This document shows, one piece after another, positions 56,060 through 63,537 of a DNA stretch of 63,537 bases (the stretch's first letter is position 1; each line of letters opens with the position of its first letter). The DNA is from Actinomycetota bacterium (GTDB lineage Bacteria; Actinomycetota; Actinomycetes; Actinomycetales; Actinomycetaceae), in assembly GCA_009930425.1 (NCBI GenBank), contig RZYE01000001.1, positions 1-63,537 on the forward strand, in the 5' to 3' direction. Under the pieces are notes generated by a model. The model saw nothing but the letters and a program-made list of their open reading frames with translations. It made no database searches and had not been told where the DNA came from. A program made the position numbers and the translations under genes.

Positions 56060-56409
56060 CGGGTCGCCAGCTCCCATGCGATCACGAGGCCGTTCAGCAT
56101 GCACGCCGCGACCATCGCCGCGATCGCGGCCTTCTCCGCCACGCTGGCGCGCGTGACCCCGACGGCGCCCGCCGCCCGCGTCGCGACGACCCCGTTCACG
56201 CGGTGAAGGAACATCAGGACCGATCCGACGACGAGCACGAGGCCGTAGGCGACTGCGCTCCATTCGAATACTCGGAAGGGAGCAACCACGAGCGCCCCGG
56301 CGCTGAGCAGGAGCACGACGAGGATCGGCCATTGCGGCTGCCGGACCGCCGAGAGGGTGGAGGTCGGGCCGTGGTCGAGGAAATCGGCGTCGAAGGTCCT
56401 CTGGCTCAT
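56056..56409 (-). CDS. Small (117 aa) three-TM membrane protein
   Basis: Hydrophobic segments are WPILVVLLLSAGALVVAPF, AVAYGLVLVVGSVLMFL and AAIAAMVAACMLNGLVIAW. It is the first gene of the minus-strand operon. Confidence 0.6.
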   Translation of the reverse strand: MSQRTFDADFLDHGPTSTLSAVRQPQWPILVVLLLSAGALVVAPFRVFEWSAVAYGLVLVVGSVLMFLHRVNGVVATRAAGAVGVTRASVAEKAAIAAMVAACMLNGLVIAWELATR

Positions 56410-56693
56410 CTGCGGCGCCTCCCTGCCCCGTCAATCGCCGGCGAATATCGCCTCCGGATTCAGGGCGAACCTATCGAGTACCACCCTGCCCGCGGGAAAT
56501 CGTCTCAACAGGTGCGACGGCAACCCCGGGGCCAAAGGCCCACATCGCCGGATCCGTGCCACGCTTGAATCTGGTGGGAGACTGCCGTGGAATCGCAACA
56601 TTTCACGTCAGACCGAATTCGCTCGGACGATATGGGCTGCGCAGCCGGCGCCCCCTGAGCGCCAGTTCCGGCGGACCAGGACGGGGACAGTCG

Positions 56694-58985
56694 ATGGAGA
56701 CAGGAAACCAGGGCGAGGCCGTCTCCGCGTTGCGCCGGGCAGCGGCACGGTGGGCCTTCTGGCCGACGCTGGTGGTCTTCGTTGCCGCCACGGTGGCGCT
56801 CGCGGCCGCGGAGCGGCGCCTGACGACTGCGACGCTCTCCCCCCTGCAGACCGCGCTCATCCTCGCCGGCTATTTCACGCTGCCAACCGCCGTGGTCCTG
56901 GCGTACCGCTGGATGCGGCACGGGACGGCCTCGTACACGCCCCTGGTTGCGGGCCTCGTGGGAGGCGCGTCCGCGGTGGTGCTCGCCGGGGGCGCCTACT
57001 GGCACTGCTCCGGAACGGGAACGCAAGTCCTCACACAGATCGTGTGGATCGGGGAGTTGTTCTTCGGGACGGCCTCCATGCCATTCGGCGACGTTCCCGG
57101 CTGCCCCGCCCAACCTCCGATCTCGCTCGCGATCGCGCAGGTCATGGCTCTCGGCGTTCTCTCGCTCGCAGCTGTGAAGTTGGTCCTCAAGTTCTCGGAG
57201 GGCTTCGTCCAGCGCCGCAAGGTGCGCCGGGCCCGCAACCTGGCGCTGATCGTCGGAAGCAGCGACCGCGTCGCGTATGCCGACGCGATCGCCGCCGACT
57301 GCGAGCCGGACGCGCTGACCGTGTCGATCGGCGAGGACGCGATCGACCACAAGGTCTCCGTGCCACAGCGGGCAGTCCTCCACCTCTCGGGGCAGCTCAC
57401 CAACCCCGACTTCTTCCGGTCCCTGCTCGGCAGGCGCCGGGAGGCCAACCTCCGCGAGATCCACCTCGTGGACCCCGACGCGACGACCAACCTGCGCTGG
57501 TTCGACGCGGTGCGCGACGCCGTCGGCGACCCACCGGAGGGACGCGCGGTCCGCGCGCTGGTCCGGATCGAGAACCCGTGGGCCGCGGAGGAGTGGCGGC
57601 GCTCCGCGCTCGACACGGGCGGCTGGATCGTCGATGCGATCTCGTCCTACGAGACTACCTCCTACGAACTCCTCCGCCAGATCACGAACAGGAAGCACGA
57701 CCGGATCATCCTGTGTGGCAGCGGAGCGCTCGCGCTGGCCGTGTGTGAGGTCGCATCCCAGGTGCGCCGTGAGCTTGCCGGCGTCACTCAGGCCCTGGCG
57801 GAGAAGGACAGGCCCGCCCCGGACGGGTACGTCCCCGAGGTGACACTCCTCGGGCCGGCTGCGCGAGCCCTCAGCGAGAACCATGCCGTGCACCAACGCC
57901 GGTTCGGCAATGCGGAGACGAGCTTCGACGTCGTCGAGGCGCCGGTGACCCGCGAGTGGGTGGAGCGGGTGGCCGGCACCGCGGCGTCACCCGCGATCGT
58001 GTTCACCGAAGCGGAGGAGACACTGCCGATCGAGGTCGCGGCGCGCCACGAACACTGGGCCATCTTCGCGTTCGACGACGGCGCCACCGGCATCGCGGAG
58101 CGCGCGCTCGTCGGGGGGTGCCGGACCTTCGGGTTGGCCCTCCACCATGCGGAGGACGAGCCAGTCGGGGAGTGGGAGCGGATGGCCCGGCAGGTCCACG
58201 AGGTGTACCTCGCCACGACGACGAACCTGACACGGCCGACTGCCAAGCCGTGGGCGAAGCTCTCGAGCTTCTACCGCGAGAGCAACATCCGCCAGGTCAC
58301 GAACCTCATCGCCACCGTCAGGAGCATGGGCTTCTCCTGGGGTGCGAACGAGGATGGCGCACCTGCGGGGAGTGGCATCCTGACCGACTCCCAGATCCTG
58401 CGCCTCGCGGAGGCGGAACACACCTCATGGCGCGAGTACTACGAGGGTCACGGCTGGGTGCGGGGCCCCCGGGACGACGCGAACAGGAGACACCCGTCCC
58501 TCGTCTCGTGGAATGAGCTGGACCAGATCGACCGGGACATCACGGTCACAGGCGTGCGGGCGTCCCTCGTCATGCTCGAGAGCTTCGGGTACACGCCGCA
58601 CGTGCCGTGGCAGCCCTTCGAACGCAGCGGCGAGGTCACCGCCGTCCGGTTGGAGGAAGAGCTCACCTGGACCACCGATGACGGCCAGTCCCTGACCGGG
58701 CATGCCGGAGACTGGCTCGTCACCGGTCCGGACGGCAAGCAGTGGACCATCGGGGACCACCAGCTGCGCGAGACGTACCGGCACGTGGACGGGGATGTGT
58801 GGCGCCGGTCCGGGGAGGTGTCCGCACGGCCCGCCGTCCACGGGGAGGCGATCCTGACCCGGGAGGGCCGGCTCATCGCCTCGGCGGGGGACTGGATCGT
58901 CAAGGACGCCGAGGGCAACGTGTGGGCCGTTCCGGCGGACCACTTCGCAGCGAACTACCGCAGGGCCGAGCCAGCAGGCGACTGA
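56694..58985 (+). CDS. Multi-TM protein with a Rossmann-like segment, a RyR domain and two C-terminal GDW(L/I)V beta repeats
   Basis: Internal ATG of track ORF 56556..58985. It has about six N-terminal TM helices. RIILCGSGALALAVCEVA is the Rossmann-like segment. The RyR-like core is ILRLAEAEHTSWREYYEGHGWVRGPRDDANRRHPSLVSWNELDQIDRD. Repeats are GHAGDWLVTGPDGKQW and SAGDWIVKDAEGNVW. Confidence 0.65.
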   Translation: METGNQGEAVSALRRAAARWAFWPTLVVFVAATVALAAAERRLTTATLSPLQTALILAGYFTLPTAVVLAYRWMRHGTASYTPLVAGLVGGASAVVLAGGAYWHCSGTGTQVLTQIVWIGELFFGTASMPFGDVPGCPAQPPISLAIAQVMALGVLSLAAVKLVLKFSEGFVQRRKVRRARNLALIVGSSDRVAYADAIAADCEPDALTVSIGEDAIDHKVSVPQRAVLHLSGQLTNPDFFRSLLGRRREANLREIHLVDPDATTNLRWFDAVRDAVGDPPEGRAVRALVRIENPWAAEEWRRSALDTGGWIVDAISSYETTSYELLRQITNRKHDRIILCGSGALALAVCEVASQVRRELAGVTQALAEKDRPAPDGYVPEVTLLGPAARALSENHAVHQRRFGNAETSFDVVEAPVTREWVERVAGTAASPAIVFTEAEETLPIEVAARHEHWAIFAFDDGATGIAERALVGGCRTFGLALHHAEDEPVGEWERMARQVHEVYLATTTNLTRPTAKPWAKLSSFYRESNIRQVTNLIATVRSMGFSWGANEDGAPAGSGILTDSQILRLAEAEHTSWREYYEGHGWVRGPRDDANRRHPSLVSWNELDQIDRDITVTGVRASLVMLESFGYTPHVPWQPFERSGEVTAVRLEEELTWTTDDGQSLTGHAGDWLVTGPDGKQWTIGDHQLRETYRHVDGDVWRRSGEVSARPAVHGEAILTREGRLIASAGDWIVKDAEGNVWAVPADHFAANYRRAEPAGD

Positions 58986-58987
58986 TC

Positions 58988-61105
58988 GTGGTCACTGACG
59001 GCAGCCACGACGACGCGGGTGACCCGCGCGGTGCGGGCGGTGCAGGCGACGCCGGACCTGACGAGTCCCGCGCGCGCGACGCCGCCCTCCTCCAGGCCTT
59101 CGCGTGGGCGGTGCGTGCCGAGGCGCGCGTGCTCGCACGCTACCCCGAGCTGACCTGGCAGCAGCTCCACAACCGGCTGCAGTGGGAGGACGACGACGTC
59201 CGCGCCGCCCTGGCACCCCAGCTGGCCCGCCGTCTCACGCCCGGGTCCACGCCGTGGCTGCGCCTCCTCAGCCCCACCGCTGCCGGCGCCGTCCCGCACC
59301 GCACGTTCTCCGGTCACGCCGGATGGGTCACCTGCTGCGCCGTCAGCCCGAACGGTCAGTGGGTGGTGTCCGGGAGCGCCGACGAGACCCTGTGCGTGTG
59401 GGACGCGGACAGCGGCAGGATCGTGCGGTGGCTGTCAGGCCATCGCGGCACCGTCTGGGGCTGCGACATCTCCCGTGACGGCGCCCTGATCACCTCGGCG
59501 GGCGCGGATCGCACCCTCCGGGTGTGGAGCGCAGGCACCGGCGCGGAACTCGCGGTCCTCACCATCCACGATGCCACGATCACGAGCTGCGCCTTCATCC
59601 CCGACGGCGAGCGCGTGGTCTCCGCGAGCGCCGACCACGCCGTACGGGTGACCGCGTGGCGCGCCCCCAGCGACTCCCTCCTCCTCGCGGGCCACGAGGG
59701 GCCCGTGGAGTCGTGTGCGGTCAGCCCGGACGGCCACCGGATCGCCTCAGCCGGCTGGGACGGGACGGCGCGGGTCTGGGACGCTGGGACGGGCGCGATG
59801 CTGGCCGTCCTGCCGCACGGCTCCACCTGGGTGAACGCCTGCGCCTTCAGTCCCGACGGCGCCCGGCTCGCCACCGCGAGCGACGACCACCTGGTCCGGA
59901 TCTGGGACCTGGACGCGCGTCCCGGGACTGGGCCGCTGCTGCTCGCCGGGCACTCCGGGGAAGTCCTCGGCTGCGCGTTCAGCCCCGACGGTGCACTGCT
60001 CGCATCGGCGAGCGCCGACCTCAGCCTCCGCCTCTGGGACGCGCGCGACGGCCGGCCGCTCACGCCCCTGCCCGGCCACACCGGCTGGGTCTCCGCATGC
60101 ACGTTCGCCCCCGACGGCGGGCTCGTCTCCGCGGGCTACGACGCCACCGTTAAGGCCTGGGAGATCGGGCATGCTCCCGGCCGCGCCGCCCACGAGCACG
60201 ACGGGTGGGTGCACGCCTGCGCCATCAGCCCGGACGGCGCCCTGATCGCGTCGGCGGGCTACGACGCCACGCTCCGCCTCCGGGACCTCACCACCGGGGC
60301 ACCCACCCGCGAGCCGTGGCGCCACGCGGGCGAGGTCCGCAGCTGTGCGTTCAGCCCCGACGGGACCGTGGTGGCCGCCGCGTGCGACGACGGCCCCGTC
60401 ACCCTGCGCCGCGCCGGCGCGGGTGCCGGCGCCACCGACTCCGCCGGAACCGCCACCGAGGAGTGGACCCTGCCCGAGGAGCAGGCCAACTCGTCCGTCC
60501 TCGCGTTCAGCCGCGACGGCACGCACCTCCTCACCGCCCGGCAGGACGGCACGCTCGTGCTCTGGGACATCGCCGCGCCCTCCCCCACGGTCGCGCTGCT
60601 CCTTCCCACCCACCTCGCCGCGCTCTCCACCGCAGCCCTGGCCCCGAACGGCGGGTGGGTGGCGGCGGCGAGCTGGTCCGGTGAGCTGCGGCTCTGGGAC
60701 ACCACCATCGGGGCTGTGTCCCACGAACTCGTGGGCCACGCCGGAGGGGTCACCCGGCTCGCCTTCTCCCCCGACGGCGCGCACCTCGCCTCCGCCGGCC
60801 GGGACGCCACGGTGCGGGTCTGGGACGTGGCCACCGGCGCCGTCGTGCACGTCCTGGAGGGCCACGCGGACGCGGTGATGGGGTGCGCCTTCACGGCGGA
60901 CGGCACCCACGTGGCCTCCGCCGGCTGGGACGGCGAGGTGCGGCTGTGGGACCGGGCCACCGGGGCCCTCGTCGGGCAGGCGGTGCTGCCGGCCTCCGCC
61001 ACGTGCGTGGCGGCCCACCCGCACCGCCCTCTCCTCGTGGTCGGTGACACCGATGGCCAGGTCCACCGGCTCGAGGCGGCGGGAGACGGCTTCAGCGCCG
61101 CGTGA
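58988..61105 (+). CDS. WD40 repeat protein, 14 blades, with an N-terminal STAND-linker-like helical segment
   Basis: The GTG lies 2 nt after the upstream stop. There are fourteen GHxxxVxxCAFSPDGxxxASAxxDxTxRxWD-type repeats. The N-terminus is FAWAVRAEARVLARYPELTWQQLHNRLQWED. Confidence 0.9.
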   Translation: MVTDGSHDDAGDPRGAGGAGDAGPDESRARDAALLQAFAWAVRAEARVLARYPELTWQQLHNRLQWEDDDVRAALAPQLARRLTPGSTPWLRLLSPTAAGAVPHRTFSGHAGWVTCCAVSPNGQWVVSGSADETLCVWDADSGRIVRWLSGHRGTVWGCDISRDGALITSAGADRTLRVWSAGTGAELAVLTIHDATITSCAFIPDGERVVSASADHAVRVTAWRAPSDSLLLAGHEGPVESCAVSPDGHRIASAGWDGTARVWDAGTGAMLAVLPHGSTWVNACAFSPDGARLATASDDHLVRIWDLDARPGTGPLLLAGHSGEVLGCAFSPDGALLASASADLSLRLWDARDGRPLTPLPGHTGWVSACTFAPDGGLVSAGYDATVKAWEIGHAPGRAAHEHDGWVHACAISPDGALIASAGYDATLRLRDLTTGAPTREPWRHAGEVRSCAFSPDGTVVAAACDDGPVTLRRAGAGAGATDSAGTATEEWTLPEEQANSSVLAFSRDGTHLLTARQDGTLVLWDIAAPSPTVALLLPTHLAALSTAALAPNGGWVAAASWSGELRLWDTTIGAVSHELVGHAGGVTRLAFSPDGAHLASAGRDATVRVWDVATGAVVHVLEGHADAVMGCAFTADGTHVASAGWDGEVRLWDRATGALVGQAVLPASATCVAAHPHRPLLVVGDTDGQVHRLEAAGDGFSAA

Positions 61106-63537
61106 CCTCCCCAGCTTCCGGGAGCAGGGCGAGGGCGTCGTCGAGGGCGACGAGCAGGTGGTGGACGCCGGCATGCAGGACCGCACCCGTGTTGTCATGC
61201 TGCCGTTCCGCGCCGCCCACGAGGGTGGCCGTGGCGGCGGCGCGGTCCAGGTCCGTCAGCGCGGCGACGGCGTCGCCCCACCTCCCCGCGCGGGTCAGGT
61301 GGTACGGGAGCTCCCCGATCCCGCGCACGTCCCAGGTCCGGAAGTAGTCGGCCAACCGGGAGTGCAGCTCCCGCCCAGCCGCGCCTGAGGCGAACAGCTG
61401 GGTGGCGGCGTCGTCGAGCTCGCGGTGGCGGAACACGAGCAGGTCCCCCGTCTCGTGCCGCCGGTGGGCGAGCCACGGGTCGAGGTCGGAAAGAAGGCGG
61501 GACCAGACCGCCACGGGCAGGCGCGGCCCATCGGGATGGGCCACCACGGGAGCGAGCAGGGCGCGCAACTCCGCCCGGCGCGCCGGATCGCGGCGCAGCT
61601 CCTCGACGCGGTCCGGGTCCAGGAGCTCGCGCAGGTCGGGGGGCACGCTGACGGCGTCGGCGACGAACTTCGCGTACACGTCCAGGTCCCGGGAGAGCAG
61701 GTCCACGAGCTCGTCCTCCGCCAGCCCGTGGCGGGCGAGAGCGAGGTAGCCGAGGGCGTGGGAGACCAGCAGGCGCCCGTGCTGGTCCTCGCGCTGCAGG
61801 CGGTCGAACATGTTGCCGCGCAGGAGCGCGCGGAGGTCCGGGCCGAGCACCTCCGGGGGCGCGCCTGAACCGGAGCGCCAGCGCCGCGCCTCCTCGAACG
61901 CGAGCCGCAGGTGGAGGGGGTTGCCGCCGCCGCGTTCCACCACCTCCAGCACGTGGGCCCGCTGGGCGGGCTGCAGGGTGCGCCCGGCGTCCGCGAGGAG
62001 GGCGTCGAGGGCGGTGGCCTGCTCCGCCGCGGTGAGTCCGCGCAGTTCGAGGAGCCGTGTGGTGGCCCGCAGCGCGTCCAGGATCTCGCCGAGCCGTGTG
62101 GAGACGATCAGCGTGGCGTGGTCGGGCAGGCGTGCCGGGATCCACGAGAGGTCGGGGACGGCGCCGGCAGCCGCGAGTTGGTCCAGCGAGTCGACGACCA
62201 CGAGGATCGGGCGGTCCGCGGTGGCGCGGGCGAGGCGCTGCCGGAAGTCGGCCACCAGCTCGCCGAGGGTGGCCGGGACGGCGGCCTCGGCGTCGCCGGT
62301 GCGGCGGGCGAGTTCCCGGGTGATGTTCGCGAGCAGCGCCCGGGGATCCGGGGACGACGGCGTCGCCCCCACGTACCGCGCCACCACGATCCCGGTGGGC
62401 CGATCCGCGACGGCGCCGGCCGCGAACGCGGCGAGGAGGGCGGACTTCCCGGCGCCGCCGTCGCCGTGGACGACGAGCGGCCGGGGATCGCTACCGTCCC
62501 GGTGGCCGCGGAGTGCGGCGAGTTCGGCCGCGCGGCCCACGAAGAAGCGGGCGCGCTCGCGGGCGAAGGCGCGGTGGTCCCGCCCCTCGCGGTCGAGGTG
62601 GGGATCGCCGTCCGACTCGTCGGGGTGGCGGGGGTGGGCGAGTTCCTCGGCGATGCGCTCGCGGAGCATGGCGAGCACTTGGGTGGCGAAGCGGTCCAGG
62701 TAGGCGGCGTGGTCGCGCTCGTGGGCGCCCCACGGCACGAGCTCCTCGATGATCCGGTCCGGCCCGAGGGCGGTGCGCACGCGGGCGCGGAGGTCCTCGA
62801 GGGGGGCCTGGTCGTCGTCGTAGTGGTCGACGGCGTCGGGGGCCACGGAGCCGTCATCCGTGCGCGGGACGCCGGCGAGGTGCCGGAGGAAGCACACCAC
62901 CTGGTCCGGGTCCTCGGACCGCAGGGCGCCGAGCTCGATCTCCTGCTCGGTGGCCGAGAGGAGGTAGGAGGCGGCGCGCTCCGGCGGGAGGCCGAGGCCG
63001 GCGACGGCGCGTTCGAGGAGGGTGCGGAGCCGGCGCTCGACGGCGTCCCACGCAGCCGGGTCGAGGAACTCGCCCGTGCGGGCGCGCAGGAGGTACACGG
63101 GTGGGGCGGCGTTGGAGTCGCGCTCGTACCACCGCGTGAGGAGGGAGCGCTCGTCCGGGGTGAGACGAGGCAGGATCAGGTCCCATTCCCCGGCCGGGAT
63201 GCGCGGCGGTGGGGGCATCCAGCCGCGGCGGTTGCCGAGTAGCAGGAGGAAGTTGGGGCGCGGCGTGGTGGCGTGGCAGCGGACGATCTCGCCGAGGCAG
63301 ATGTTCATGGTCTGCTGGTCCACGGCCGCCTCGGCGCTCACGCCCCACCGGAGGTCGATCTCCTGGAAGCGGGCGCCGCGCGCGGCGCAGTAGGCGCGGA
63401 GTTCCGGCCAGACGCGGGTGCGGAGCACGTTCCGCTCGGTGGCGAAATCCGAGAAGGTGGAGGAGACGAAGACCCGGAAGGTCCGGGCGCGGGGGCCGGG
63501 TGGGGGGAGCGGGCTGGCGGGTGTCGCGGGGTGGGCG
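61092..63537 (-). CDS. DUF4062 (TIR-like) - NACHT/STAND P-loop NTPase, 5' end beyond the window
   Basis: The reading frame stays open to the window edge. RTFRVFVSSTFSDFATERNVLRTRVWPEL is the DUF4062 motif. The P-loop is LVVHGDGGAGKSALLAAF (about 62441-62473) and the Walker B is ILVVVDSLDQL. The 3' end overlaps the WD40 gene by 14 nt. Confidence 0.8.
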   Translation of the reverse strand, partial: AHPATPASPLPPPGPRARTFRVFVSSTFSDFATERNVLRTRVWPELRAYCAARGARFQEIDLRWGVSAEAAVDQQTMNICLGEIVRCHATTPRPNFLLLLGNRRGWMPPPPRIPAGEWDLILPRLTPDERSLLTRWYERDSNAAPPVYLLRARTGEFLDPAAWDAVERRLRTLLERAVAGLGLPPERAASYLLSATEQEIELGALRSEDPDQVVCFLRHLAGVPRTDDGSVAPDAVDHYDDDQAPLEDLRARVRTALGPDRIIEELVPWGAHERDHAAYLDRFATQVLAMLRERIAEELAHPRHPDESDGDPHLDREGRDHRAFARERARFFVGRAAELAALRGHRDGSDPRPLVVHGDGGAGKSALLAAFAAGAVADRPTGIVVARYVGATPSSPDPRALLANITRELARRTGDAEAAVPATLGELVADFRQRLARATADRPILVVVDSLDQLAAAGAVPDLSWIPARLPDHATLIVSTRLGEILDALRATTRLLELRGLTAAEQATALDALLADAGRTLQPAQRAHVLEVVERGGGNPLHLRLAFEEARRWRSGSGAPPEVLGPDLRALLRGNMFDRLQREDQHGRLLVSHALGYLALARHGLAEDELVDLLSRDLDVYAKFVADAVSVPPDLRELLDPDRVEELRRDPARRAELRALLAPVVAHPDGPRLPVAVWSRLLSDLDPWLAHRRHETGDLLVFRHRELDDAATQLFASGAAGRELHSRLADYFRTWDVRGIGELPYHLTRAGRWGDAVAALTDLDRAAATATLVGGAERQHDNTGAVLHAGVHHLLVALDDALALLPEAGEVTRR

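Noticed and set aside
56060-56434. N-terminal 125-aa extension of the vWA ORF in the track (53504..56434)
   Set aside because: The extension is Arg-rich junk overlapping a plausible 3-TM gene in another frame. An internal ATG at 56059 gives a clean signal peptide and an ATGA coupling.
56435-56444. 10-bp palindrome TCGCCGGCGA upstream of the minus-strand operon
   Set aside because: It is short and GC-rich, so chance occurrence is likely in this composition.
63355-63537. Possible one-base discrepancy between the printed sequence and the ORF track or stated length near the 63360/63361 line break
   Set aside because: By my count the printout has one extra base (track ORFs imply gatctcctgg rather than gatcctcctgg). 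I cannot verify this without tools, so I treat it as a counting or transcription ambiguity. Coordinates beyond about 63360 may be off by one.

Overview
High-GC, gene-dense, actinobacterial-type DNA. I call about 47 protein-coding genes. I found no rRNA, tRNA, CRISPR array, integrase or transposase. Almost the whole window reads as a conflict or immunity-type island, not housekeeping. It holds six canonical TIR domains with the conserved Glu, two degenerate TIR-position domains and one DUF4062-NACHT gene. It also holds two TIR-NB-ARC-TPR STAND genes around a SLATT-like gene, a 14-blade WD40 gene and a RyR-domain membrane protein. Several tightly coupled operons do not match any named system I know: (1) 9467-19577, an FtsK/SpoIIIE-like ATPase plus AAA+ ATPase operon bracketed by zinc-ribbon ectodomain proteins, next to three small helical-hairpin genes; (2) 20976-24485, IMPase-family phosphatase / TIR fused to a binding-protein fold / PfkB kinase / 2H phosphoesterase; (3) 24628-32309, coiled-coil protein / Clp-D2-like AAA+ / NrdG-like radical-SAM activase / ZnR-FHA / Ser-Thr kinase / PP2C; (4) 33372-35801, a TIR-wHTH gene plus a TM-ParB-like gene; (5) 43141-56409, a tubulin/FtsZ-like GTPase plus a secreted vWA protein, a large unknown and two TM-beta-propeller receptor-like proteins, one with TIR. 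All functional calls rest on motifs read by eye from the ORF track and on gene order. No database search was run. Many long ORFs in the track are out-of-frame or antisense shadows typical of high-GC DNA and were not called.
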